From an uncultured OCS116 cluster bacterium (GTDB lineage Bacteria; Pseudomonadota; Alphaproteobacteria; Rhizobiales; TMED25): a stretch of 64,000 bases of DNA. The stretch is taken from positions 13,434 to 77,433 of the forward strand of contig CACPAS010000001.1 in NCBI GenBank assembly GCA_902632055.1, given 5' to 3'. The notes under the pieces are model-generated. The model had not been told where the DNA came from, ran no database searches, and saw only the letters and a list, made by a program, of their open reading frames with translations. Below, in pieces: positions 1 to 8,970 of the stretch. The position numbers were made by a program, and so were the translations under genes. Within the stretch, counting starts at the first letter, position 1, and each line of letters begins with the position of its first letter.

Positions 1-79
1 CAGTTTTGCAATTCATGCAGAGAATAATATTTCACAGAATTCATGAAGAAAATTATTTGGCAGTCTGAAGCGATAGGGA

Positions 80-574
80 CTAGCTGTTGTTACTGAAAAT
101 ATTTTCACATTTCCCATGGGCTATCCCATGTGCGCCACAACTTGCTGCAAAACTATCAGGTTTAAGTTTTGGCTTTTGGCCAGTTAAACCATAGACATAG
201 CCACTGGCTTCCTTTGCAACACAGCTACTTCCATGCTTTGGTTCGGTATTTATATCCAAATGAATTTCTGTTTTATAATCTGTGATATATGGCTCTAATT
301 GTAAATAAGCTTCACACACTTTGTATGTCTCATTCATGAGACGCATCCGTGGTCTACTAGCATTACGATCATAGTCTCTCTCGCTTGATACATTATAGAA
401 TAGCCTGCATCCACTATTTGAATTTTTATGGATCACAACAATTGTTGCGTATGTGGCGTCCCAATAGGCTCCCCTCCACTTCCGAACGCTATCACAACCG
501 AAGTAGATCCTCGTTCGATTGTTTACACTATCAAGTGTGTTCTGTATCCTACGTATTTGGTCTTCTGAAAACAT
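80..574 (-). CDS. DUF458/YkuK-like predicted RNase H-fold protein
   Basis: 164-aa ORF. By-eye resemblance to the YkuK/DUF458 family (blocks IYFGCDS, TIVVIH, EIHLDIN, KPDSFAAS recall B. subtilis YkuK). 7-nt gap to the next ORF. Confidence 0.45.
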   Translation of the reverse strand: MFSEDQIRRIQNTLDSVNNRTRIYFGCDSVRKWRGAYWDATYATIVVIHKNSNSGCRLFYNVSSERDYDRNASRPRMRLMNETYKVCEAYLQLEPYITDYKTEIHLDINTEPKHGSSCVAKEASGYVYGLTGQKPKLKPDSFAASCGAHGIAHGKCENIFSNNS

Positions 575-581
575 AAATATT

Positions 582-1031
582 TTAATGGCAGGCTTTGTTG
601 TATTTTTTTAGTCTCCAGTAATTATATGGCCATGGCGTTAAGAATCCGACTACCAGCATAATTGGAATAACCCACCACGTGAGTTTTGCCCCCCCTGTTA
701 AGAACCAATCTACTGAATTCATTGCAATCTCCATCGACACCATAGATATAATACTCATTCCCATCGCGGTCTTGAGAGCGGAGGAAAGATTAATTTGTTG
801 ACGCATTAATATGATGGTTTCAAGTATTATGCTAGTTAAAAGACCGTTGAATATCGCCAGTAGCATTATACTCAAGGTTGCCCATGGAATCCCAGTAAAT
901 TGAAAGAATGCAATAGTACCGAAATCTCCAATGGAGCAGCCAATTAGGCACCACTTCGTGTTATTGGCACTTCTTCTCCAGGTGTGTTTACAGTACCAAT
1001 CAATTTTATTGTTTGCGACTTCAACGGTCAT
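582..1031 (-). CDS. DUF4396-family integral membrane protein
   Basis: 149-aa ORF with about 4 hydrophobic segments and an N-terminal CLIGCSIGDFG motif that I associate with DUF4396. Confidence 0.5.
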   Translation of the reverse strand: MTVEVANNKIDWYCKHTWRRSANNTKWCLIGCSIGDFGTIAFFQFTGIPWATLSIMLLAIFNGLLTSIILETIILMRQQINLSSALKTAMGMSIISMVSMEIAMNSVDWFLTGGAKLTWWVIPIMLVVGFLTPWPYNYWRLKKYNKACH

Positions 1032-1045
1032 TTTTTCTTCTCTAT

Positions 1046-1345
1046 TTAGCCTAAATTAGTATTGGTTAGCTCGTAAAGTTGAACGTGATCTATGCATTCA
1101 TCCCATGTAGACTTTGTAACCGGATTCCGCCCTGCACAAAAATCAATCATTCCCTGTTCGTCATGTACATGAACTTTGAACATTACATAATTTTTCATTG
1201 GAGAAACAGATGGCAGTGTCCGCTCAACATGAGCTATTTCACGTCTGGCGGCCATTCCTTCATCAGATTGCATAAATCCCATAAATTTCTCAAATAATCC
1301 TTCGCCTTCTTTGAAGAACGCGATTGCAAGCATTTCTTTTTCCAT
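1046..1345 (-). CDS. hypothetical small protein
   Basis: 99-aa ORF with no family recognised. It is 14 nt upstream of the DUF4396 gene on the same strand, so probably co-transcribed. Confidence 0.4.
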   Translation of the reverse strand: MEKEMLAIAFFKEGEGLFEKFMGFMQSDEGMAARREIAHVERTLPSVSPMKNYVMFKVHVHDEQGMIDFCAGRNPVTKSTWDECIDHVQLYELTNTNLG

Positions 1346-1446
1346 AACAGCTCCTTTTGGTGTTAGTTTAATCGATAATTTAGATATATGTTGAATTAGA
1401 TCAAAATACTAGTCAACAGTCGCAGATGTTTTAATCAAAATACCCA

Positions 1447-2121
1447 CTAAATTTCCCAGTCTATAGGCTCAATTTTATTCTGTTTAAGGTACGCATTTGC
1501 TCTTGAAAATGGTTTTGATCCAAAAAACCCATTATCTGCAGAATAGGGTGATGGATGAGAGCTTTCTATTATTAAATTATCATCACCCTTTATGAATGAA
1601 CTTTTCTCTTGAGCTTTTTTACCCCAAAGTATGTACACAATATTTTTCTTTTTTTGATTGAGCACCCTCAGCACTGAGTCCGTAAAAACTTCCCATCCTT
1701 GGTTAGCGTGTGATCCAGGTTTTCCTTTTTCAACAGTAAGTATTGTGTTCAAAAGTAAAACACCCCCAGCTGCCCATTTAGATAAGTTACCATGATGTGG
1801 AACCGGTATACCAAGGTCATCATTGAGCTCTTTGTGTATATTTCTTAGAGATGGTGGAGTCTTAATTCCGTGTGCAACAGAAAAACTTAATCCATGAGCT
1901 TGACCATGGCCATGATACGGATCTTGGCCAATGATAACAACTTTGACATCATCAAATTTTGTGAGCTCGAAGGCATTAAATATTAAGTGTGATGGTGGAT
2001 AAATATCTTTACTTGATTTTTTTTCATTTCTTAAGTAGTTACTGAGGGATTTCATGTAGTCCTTTTCAAACTCATGAATTAGATGATTTTTCCAAGTTTC
2101 CTCAATCTTTACGTTTGTCAT
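1447..2121 (-). CDS. ung: uracil-DNA glycosylase (family 1)
   Basis: 224 aa. Carries the family-1 UDG motifs GQDPYHG (water-activating loop) and HPSPYS near the C-terminus. Confidence 0.95.
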   Translation of the reverse strand: MTNVKIEETWKNHLIHEFEKDYMKSLSNYLRNEKKSSKDIYPPSHLIFNAFELTKFDDVKVVIIGQDPYHGHGQAHGLSFSVAHGIKTPPSLRNIHKELNDDLGIPVPHHGNLSKWAAGGVLLLNTILTVEKGKPGSHANQGWEVFTDSVLRVLNQKKKNIVYILWGKKAQEKSSFIKGDDNLIIESSHPSPYSADNGFFGSKPFSRANAYLKQNKIEPIDWEI

Positions 2122-2134
2122 GTAATTTCAATAA

Positions 2135-3157
2135 TTATCCAATTACCTCATCATTACTCGCAGCCTCACCATAAACTTCGGGATTTAATATATCAAAAGG
2201 TCGTTTCCCTTCGAGGAATCTCTCAATGTTATGTACCGCTCTAAGAGCCATCTCATCCCTAGTTTCACGGGCAGCAGAACCAATATGAGGCGTCATCACA
2301 ACATTTTCCAGTTCAAATAAGCCCGGTCTCGGACCGGGGTTCGGTTCGGGTACTTCTGTTTCATAAACATCAAGTCCGGCTCCCAATATTTTCTTCTCTC
2401 TCAGTACATTCTCAAGCGCCTCTTCATCTAATATAGGACCCCTTGAAGTATTTATCAGTATCGATGTTGGCTTCATAAGAGATAGCAATTCTTTATCCAC
2501 AAGGCCCTTTGTATCATTTGTAAGAGATGTGCATAACAGGACAAAATCTGACTCCATAAACAGGTCTTCAATAGCCCTAAATTCTGCATTACCCAATACA
2601 TACTCTTCTGCAGCAGATAGCCTGCTTCTTTTGTGATAAATCACCTTCATGTCGCAAGCCGCTGCCCTCTTTGCAACTCCCGTCCCGACAGCACCCATTC
2701 CAATTATTCCGATTGTCTTCCCGTAAAGCCTGGATCCAAGAAATGATGTTGACTGGTTTTGAGTCCATCTTTTATTTTTGAGATATTCATGAGCTTCAGG
2801 CAGTCTCCATGCGGTCGCCATAAGGAGTGCAAAAGTAAATTCAGCAGTTGTTTTGCTCACAAAATTGGGTATCCCACAAACAGGCACCTTTCTCTCAGTA
2901 CATGCCTTCTTATCAACAAAGGTTGCTTTCATGTGCATTGCCGATACTAATTTTAGAGGTTTTGCAGCAAGAATCACTTCCCTATCAAACTCCACTTCTC
3001 CCAGTGCATATAGGATGTCTTTATCTTTTACCTCCTTCACGATTTCATCGTGTGGCATTGGGCCGTCTGTACCTCTATACATTGTAACGTCGCCCAAGGA
3101 TTGCAATTTTTTATAAGCTACCTCTGATATCTCTTGAGGTATAAATATCTTTACCAT
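2135..3157 (-). CDS. D-isomer-specific 2-hydroxyacid dehydrogenase (glyoxylate/hydroxypyruvate reductase-like)
   Basis: 340 aa. NAD-binding GIIGMGAVG, then the SRGPILDE and MTPHIGS blocks carrying the Arg/Glu/His catalytic set of this family. Confidence 0.85.
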   Translation of the reverse strand: MVKIFIPQEISEVAYKKLQSLGDVTMYRGTDGPMPHDEIVKEVKDKDILYALGEVEFDREVILAAKPLKLVSAMHMKATFVDKKACTERKVPVCGIPNFVSKTTAEFTFALLMATAWRLPEAHEYLKNKRWTQNQSTSFLGSRLYGKTIGIIGMGAVGTGVAKRAAACDMKVIYHKRSRLSAAEEYVLGNAEFRAIEDLFMESDFVLLCTSLTNDTKGLVDKELLSLMKPTSILINTSRGPILDEEALENVLREKKILGAGLDVYETEVPEPNPGPRPGLFELENVVMTPHIGSAARETRDEMALRAVHNIERFLEGKRPFDILNPEVYGEAASNDEVIG

Positions 3158-3189
3158 GTTATACTCCTTGTTTATGAAATAATGTGAAA

Positions 3190-4839
3190 TCAGCCAAACG
3201 GCCTCATATTTGCAAAATTTTGGTCTGTTGACGTATTAAATTGCAATAATACTGATGTACCCTCTTGATTTTTTTCTTTTGCTTTTACCAAAGCGCTCGC
3301 AATGTCCTCGGGGTCGTCAATTACCTCTGACCAGCCCCCGAGTGATCTAGCTATATCAGCATAATCACCATCTAAATCACGCGCTTTAAATTTTTCATGG
3401 CTAATCCTCATATGATTAGTCTCAATCGCCATAGTCGAATTTTTTAGGACAATTGTTGTGATTGGAAGTTTTGATCTGACGGCTGTTTCAAAATCAAGCC
3501 CAGTCATTCCAAAGGCTGCATCACCCATAAAATTAACACAAAATTTATCTGGAGCGGCAAGCTTTGCACCAATTGCAAAACCCAATCCGGTTCCTAACTG
3601 ATGTGATTTACCCCAGCCAAGATACGATCTTGGCGTATCTGATTGATAAAACGGCATAATTTGATATCTGGGACTCCCTGCATCATGCGTTACAATTGCG
3701 TCCTTTGGATCTATATTCTTCATAAATTCTGAAATTACTCTATACGGGTTTATCGGTTTGCTCTTTGAACCTAGGTGTTTAGACCAATTTTCAAGATAGC
3801 TTTTTCTGACCCCATAGATTTCCTCAGTAACATCATTTCGTATAATTTTTCCTGATAGGTAATCTCGACAAGACTCAATTAATTGTTTTAAGACCAACTT
3901 CGTATCACCGAGTATTGGGTGATCAATATCATAACTCTTGTACAAATCCCTCGGATCATTTGTATTATGTATTATAATTTTTCCGGGTGGTACAGTCGTA
4001 ACCATTGGATGTCTTGTAAGGCTTGTTCCAAGTGCGATTACAACATCTGCCTTCTTCATAAAATGAACTACGGGATCGCTCATAACACCTGATCCACTGC
4101 CTAAGGCAAGTGGGTGGTTTCGTTCTGAAATTGAGCTTTTTCCTTCCATTGTTGTCATAACTGGAATTTGTAATAATTCTGCAAAATCAGCGAGCTCTGC
4201 TGTGGCTTCTGAGTATAATACGCCTGCACCCGCAATAATAATTGGACTCTTGGCACCTAGTATTATTTTTGAGATATTTGTAATCTCTTCAGCGCTTGCC
4301 ATTGATCTCGCGTATTGAATTTTTTTGTAATTATGGACCTTAGCATCGTCAATATCTTGGTTGAGTATATCTTCAGGTATTTCAACCATTGCGGGTCCAG
4401 GACGACCATTTCGCATTGAAGATATAGCTCTACGCAGTACATCAATAGACTTTGATGGTGACGTAATCTGTTCAATGGATTTAGTGATACTTTCGTATGA
4501 CTTTAAACTTGAGAACAATGGAAATACACCGTCTCTGTCTAGTGGGTGTCCTAATGGAAGCACTAATAAAGGCGTTGAGTCACTATATGCAGTTGCAACA
4601 CCGGGATAAGCATTCTCAGCGCCGGGACCATATTGCATAGCAAATGCTGATAATTTTTTCCCATTTGTTACGCGGCTATATGCATCTGCAATTCCAAGTC
4701 CAACTCTCTCTTGTCTGCAAACAATTGGCTTGATATCTTGCTCTGCCGCGGCTTCAATAATTGGCGTTGTTGGAAAGCAATTAAGACATTCCAGACCTTC
4801 CTTTTTTAGTACATTTATAATTGCATCTAAGACTTTCAT
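3190..4839 (-). CDS. thiamine-diphosphate-dependent enzyme (acetolactate-synthase-like superfamily, specificity unknown)
   Basis: 549 aa with three-domain ThDP architecture. N-terminal Pyr domain with the catalytic Glu (CRQERVG). C-terminal ThDP/Mg motif GDAAFGMTG...VLKNS. Confidence 0.8.
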   Translation of the reverse strand: MKVLDAIINVLKKEGLECLNCFPTTPIIEAAAEQDIKPIVCRQERVGLGIADAYSRVTNGKKLSAFAMQYGPGAENAYPGVATAYSDSTPLLVLPLGHPLDRDGVFPLFSSLKSYESITKSIEQITSPSKSIDVLRRAISSMRNGRPGPAMVEIPEDILNQDIDDAKVHNYKKIQYARSMASAEEITNISKIILGAKSPIIIAGAGVLYSEATAELADFAELLQIPVMTTMEGKSSISERNHPLALGSGSGVMSDPVVHFMKKADVVIALGTSLTRHPMVTTVPPGKIIIHNTNDPRDLYKSYDIDHPILGDTKLVLKQLIESCRDYLSGKIIRNDVTEEIYGVRKSYLENWSKHLGSKSKPINPYRVISEFMKNIDPKDAIVTHDAGSPRYQIMPFYQSDTPRSYLGWGKSHQLGTGLGFAIGAKLAAPDKFCVNFMGDAAFGMTGLDFETAVRSKLPITTIVLKNSTMAIETNHMRISHEKFKARDLDGDYADIARSLGGWSEVIDDPEDIASALVKAKEKNQEGTSVLLQFNTSTDQNFANMRPFG

Positions 4840-4856
4840 GTCATTAACCTGATAAC

Positions 4857-5918
4857 TTATAAAGATCTATTTATTTCAAGTCGACGATCTACTTCCTGGA
4901 TAATTGGATCTATCAACTGCGTATCCTCGCCGATCTGAATTGCTATTAACTTTATTAGTTTATCAACTCTTTCTATGTTTTTAGCGCCTGAAAAAAGTGC
5001 TCGTGCTGCAGATGACGGACGGATAAGGCTTTCTGCAGCCTTGGCGTATTTATCGAATGGTACTTGATCGGACTGAATTGCTCCTAATTTTGTAGCAATA
5101 GAACCAACCCAACTATAGATTTTCTCAGAGTACGCAAGATCAGAATGAACGGCTTCTTTTATTGCGACAGCATTTTCTGCTCTTACACAACGATAATTAC
5201 CTGATAACAACATACTCCACTTCGCTAGTGGTACAAAAATTGAGTCATGTACCTTAAGCTTTACAGGTAAGTCAATCTCTTCTTCATCTAGGTCATATTT
5301 AATTTTTTCTACATCGCCTTGCAGATCTCTCAATATTTGGGTGTGTTGATCTGACTCAAACCTTGCAGCTTTAAAGTTTGTTGGCAGTCCGACCTGTAAA
5401 ACATTAATACTCTCGTCTGGCGGTCTGAATGCCTGTGGATCAGGACTACACAAGGTTACGCAGTTTGAGTCAAAATATTGCCAAACTTCAGGCTTTGTAT
5501 ACGCGTCATTTAATCTTGATATATCTAACCCTTGAATTCGTGCAACATATGGTAACGGTGGCATATTCATAATGGACATACACGGTTTTTTGCTCAAGCC
5601 AATCTCTTTAAGGAGCGGCGCAATATCATCTGCTCCATATTGTGGCTCTTGCATGGCCAGAGCAATTAGATCATAGCTCGAAATATCAACATCACTTGGT
5701 CCAAGAGCACTCAGGTTTCCTGAACAGTCTTTTGACCTTAATTCGATTACTTTATTTTTGTCGCGTATTGGGAGGCGAATAATGGCACCTTCTTTGTTAA
5801 TAAGTTCTACTTCTTGGGGAAGGCAAACTAGATCGACATCGTGTTTGGCTAGAGCCAACTTGATACCTAACAGCGAACCATATGAAGCACCCAGTACAAG
5901 TATTCGATATTTTTTCAT
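4857..5918 (-). CDS. putative NAD(P)-binding oxidoreductase (ketopantoate-reductase/ApbA-like fold)
   Basis: 353 aa. N-terminal beta-alpha-beta dinucleotide fold (KYRILVLGASYGSLLG) followed by a long helical C-terminal part. Family assignment is tentative. Confidence 0.4.
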   Translation of the reverse strand: MKKYRILVLGASYGSLLGIKLALAKHDVDLVCLPQEVELINKEGAIIRLPIRDKNKVIELRSKDCSGNLSALGPSDVDISSYDLIALAMQEPQYGADDIAPLLKEIGLSKKPCMSIMNMPPLPYVARIQGLDISRLNDAYTKPEVWQYFDSNCVTLCSPDPQAFRPPDESINVLQVGLPTNFKAARFESDQHTQILRDLQGDVEKIKYDLDEEEIDLPVKLKVHDSIFVPLAKWSMLLSGNYRCVRAENAVAIKEAVHSDLAYSEKIYSWVGSIATKLGAIQSDQVPFDKYAKAAESLIRPSSAARALFSGAKNIERVDKLIKLIAIQIGEDTQLIDPIIQEVDRRLEINRSL

Positions 5919-5930
5919 ATTATTCCTCCC

Positions 5931-6887
5931 TTATTTTTTAAACGTCTTATGAAAATATTTTTTTGGTATCATCAAGTGTACACCTTTATTACCATTTACC
6001 ACTTGAGTTATTCTCAAATCACCTACGTAGCTTAATAATGTGTAAGCATTGGATCGAGTCAAACCGCAAAATTCAGAAAGAAAATTTATCATTTCTCTTG
6101 TGGTAATTTTTACACATTCATCAAGATCAGGATCAAAAGCCATTGTAATGAAATAATCTTTATTTTCTGCAATTGGCCATGTTATTTGCATATCTGCTCT
6201 ATTTATTATTTTAAATTTTCCTCGCATGTCCATTTCGATAGCCGCTGTGCAAATCTCCCCGTCTCCTTGTGTTCCATGTCCATCGCCAATCGAGACCATT
6301 GCGCCATCTTCAAATACAGGTAAATACAATGTTGTTCCAACCTTCAACTCTTTATTATCCATATTGCCACCATTCTTTCTTGGTGGCACTGTTGATAGCT
6401 TACCCCATTCTATTGGAGGAGCGGTTGCTATGAGACCGAAGAATGGATCTAGATCAACTTCCATATTCCACGGAGTTTTTGCGATATTTTTATCCCTATC
6501 TATTTCAAGGTATGACATTTGCCTAGATTTAAAATCGTCGGGCAAGGCGCCTTTCAATGGAGCAACGCCTGTGTAAGCCCAATCGGAGTCAAGCTCAATT
6601 GAGAGGATTTCAATTTCCACTACATCACCAGCTTTGGAGCCTTGCACCTCAATCGGTCCTGTACATATATGACCACCCTGGAGTGTGCCTCGGATACTTT
6701 TTTCATGAATTTCTAACAAAGTCTCTTTTACCTCGAAAGGGCTGTTTCGCGTAACTTCTGGAGGCCCTGAAACCGACGTGATTTCTATCTCGTCACCGCT
6801 ATTGATTTTTAAAACTGGCTCAATTTCAGCTGAAAGAAATCCCCAGTGAACAGTCTCATGGTTTGCTTCAAGATAATGCTTCATCAA
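5931..6887 (-). CDS. acetamidase/formamidase (FmdA/AmdA) family amidohydrolase
   Basis: 318 aa. The N-terminal HETVHWGF block, the central GGNMD block and overall length match my recollection of the acetamidase/formamidase family. Confidence 0.7.
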   Translation of the reverse strand: MMKHYLEANHETVHWGFLSAEIEPVLKINSGDEIEITSVSGPPEVTRNSPFEVKETLLEIHEKSIRGTLQGGHICTGPIEVQGSKAGDVVEIEILSIELDSDWAYTGVAPLKGALPDDFKSRQMSYLEIDRDKNIAKTPWNMEVDLDPFFGLIATAPPIEWGKLSTVPPRKNGGNMDNKELKVGTTLYLPVFEDGAMVSIGDGHGTQGDGEICTAAIEMDMRGKFKIINRADMQITWPIAENKDYFITMAFDPDLDECVKITTREMINFLSEFCGLTRSNAYTLLSYVGDLRITQVVNGNKGVHLMIPKKYFHKTFKK

Positions 6888-6902
6888 TCCTCAATTATGA
6901 TA

Positions 6903-7784
6903 TTATTTTCTTTTTACACCAGCTAGATTGTCAGTTACTGCGCAAACGGAAGCAGTATCCTCTAATGCTCTACCCTGAGCGATGGCCGCTCTATGCATGT
7001 CTCCAGCTAGAGAAAATAGTGGTGTTGGGCACCCCATCTCATCTGCAAAATCCAAAATGACCGAAATATCTTTTTTTGTAATGAGATGATTTGCTGAAAC
7101 ATTTTCATCATATTTATTATCAACCATCATTTGGCCGCGAACCTCAAACATTCTTGAACTGCCAGCACTTGATTTAATAACGTCATATACCAACTGTGGA
7201 TCAATTCCAGCTTTCACTCCATAGGTAATTGCTTCAGCAGATGACACATTATGAATAACGACTAACAAATTTGCGATGTATTTCATTTTTGACCCTATAC
7301 CAAAATCACCAAGGTAGTGAACCTCTCTTCCCATTTTCTCAAATGCTGGCTTTACCATCTCAAATGAGGCTTGATCGCCACTTCCGAAAATAACAAGGTC
7401 TCCTGCCCAGGCTTGATGGCCTGTTCCACTGACAGGGCAATCAAGAAGAGTTATGCCTTTATCCGCTAGTATATCACGTGCTTTAATTTTATCTGATATT
7501 TTGAGTGTGCATGTATCTGCGATTATAACCTCTTTTCCTAACTTTGAAATCTCGTCTGCGACAGCTATTAAGGCGTCTGGATGTGGCAGTGATGTTATAA
7601 TCCGATCAACCTGATTTGCAACATCTGTTGGGGATGATGCCTTCGTCAATCTTGCATTACCTTGCGCTTCAAACCTTTCCTCATCGACATCAAATCCAAC
7701 TATTTCGTAACCCGCAGCACTGAGGTTCTTGGTATAGGCTGATCCCATAATACCAAGACCTATTATTCCTATTTTTTCTGTCAT
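6903..7784 (-). CDS. beta-hydroxyacid dehydrogenase (3-hydroxyisobutyrate/tartronate-semialdehyde reductase family)
   Basis: 293 aa. N-terminal GIIGLGIMGSAY Rossmann motif, conserved GSKMK(Y) catalytic-Lys block and a 6PGDH-like C-terminal domain. Confidence 0.85.
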   Translation of the reverse strand: MTEKIGIIGLGIMGSAYTKNLSAAGYEIVGFDVDEERFEAQGNARLTKASSPTDVANQVDRIITSLPHPDALIAVADEISKLGKEVIIADTCTLKISDKIKARDILADKGITLLDCPVSGTGHQAWAGDLVIFGSGDQASFEMVKPAFEKMGREVHYLGDFGIGSKMKYIANLLVVIHNVSSAEAITYGVKAGIDPQLVYDVIKSSAGSSRMFEVRGQMMVDNKYDENVSANHLITKKDISVILDFADEMGCPTPLFSLAGDMHRAAIAQGRALEDTASVCAVTDNLAGVKRK

Positions 7785-7850
7785 AATAATCCCCTTTAAA
7801 TGATTTTTTTATTTACATTAGGCTGTTAAATCTGCTTTAATATATCAACA

Positions 7851-7871
7851 TATTTACATTGTTTGTAAATA
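7851..7871. promoter_or_regulatory. perfect 8-bp inverted repeat TATTTACA-N5-TGTAAATA in a divergent promoter (candidate operator)
   Basis: Read directly: tatttaca (7851-7858), ttgtt, tgtaaata (7864-7871). The 10-mer tatttacatt also occurs at 7810-7819. A second inverted repeat, TGCCA-N5-TGGCA, lies at 7888-7902. Confidence 0.25.
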
Positions 7872-7938
7872 AATTAATTTTTTGACTTGCCATATTCTGG
7901 CATTTCGTACTGAAAATAAATTGTAACGGGGTAAAAAA

Positions 7939-8961
7939 ATGAGTAAAGCAAATATTGACGCGAGAGATAAGGATTTCCCATACAAGGAACTTCCAGTTAT
8001 GGATCTGGCACCTATTTTGAAGGGTGACAGAGCTGCAATTAAATCATTGGCAAAAGAGTGGAGAGAAGTAGCGGAAACGCTTGGCTTTATGTGTCTGATA
8101 AATCATGGCATATCCCTTGATAAAATTGAGCGAATGGAGCAGCAAATCATAAGATTTCATGATCAAGACATAGATTTTAAGATGAAGTTTAAGGTCAATG
8201 AGCATCAAAGAGGCTACATTCCGTCAAAAACAACAATCCTAAAACACTCAGAATATGAGGAGCATACAAAAACAGATACTGTAGAATGTTTGGTTCTTGC
8301 AACAGATTATCCTGATGATCATCCAAATGTGAAAGCTGGCAAACAATTCTACTCACAAAATCCGTGGCCAGAACTTGATGGTTTCAAGGATGAAATAATG
8401 GATTATTGGGATGGTATCATTAGTATGTGCAAGAAACTACTACCAGTCTGGGCAGAAGCCCTGGGCGTTGAAGATGGCTTTTTTGAGCCACATTTCGAGG
8501 AGCTATACAGTTACTTCCGGCTAGCAAAGTACCCCAAAGTCGATTTTGTTGAAGAAAAAGAGTTTGGCCTCGGTGCTCATGCTGACACTGGATTCATGAC
8601 AATACTGCCGATGGCTAAAGAACCCGGACTTCAAGTTATGGATACAAATGGTGAGTGGTTCTGGCCAGTAATTCCTGAAGGTGCGCTAATCTTAAACCTT
8701 GGACAATTCTTAGAAAGATGGACAAATGAGAGGTTTAGGGCAACACCTCACCGTGTATTGCCTCCAAGAAATAATGACAGGTACTCATTGGCTTGTTTCG
8801 TCAACACCGGGCTAGACACTGTCGCAAAACAAATACCATCATGCGTAAGCGACGACAATCCTATGAAATACCCTGAGGAAAGTTATTGGGATTTTTACAA
8901 GTGGTATCTACAGCAAACGTATACACATTACGGAAAAGTTGCCGAAGATAGCAACGCTTGA
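7939..8961 (+). CDS. 2-oxoglutarate/Fe(II)-dependent oxygenase (isopenicillin-N-synthase-like)
   Basis: 340 aa. 2-His-1-carboxylate triad HADTG ... TPHRV and the 2OG-binding RYS motif (NDRYSLACF). Confidence 0.8.
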   Translation: MSKANIDARDKDFPYKELPVMDLAPILKGDRAAIKSLAKEWREVAETLGFMCLINHGISLDKIERMEQQIIRFHDQDIDFKMKFKVNEHQRGYIPSKTTILKHSEYEEHTKTDTVECLVLATDYPDDHPNVKAGKQFYSQNPWPELDGFKDEIMDYWDGIISMCKKLLPVWAEALGVEDGFFEPHFEELYSYFRLAKYPKVDFVEEKEFGLGAHADTGFMTILPMAKEPGLQVMDTNGEWFWPVIPEGALILNLGQFLERWTNERFRATPHRVLPPRNNDRYSLACFVNTGLDTVAKQIPSCVSDDNPMKYPEESYWDFYKWYLQQTYTHYGKVAEDSNA

Positions 8962-8970
8962 GTAGGTATA

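Noticed and set aside
3190-4839. Calling the ThDP enzyme glyoxylate carboligase (Gcl) or sulfoacetaldehyde acetyltransferase (Xsc)
   Set aside because: The neighbours (hydroxyacid DH, HIBADH-like reductase, PuuE-like hydrolase) tempt a gcl/glxR reading. However, the N-terminal and central sequence does not resemble Gcl or Xsc as I recall them. The specificity is left open.
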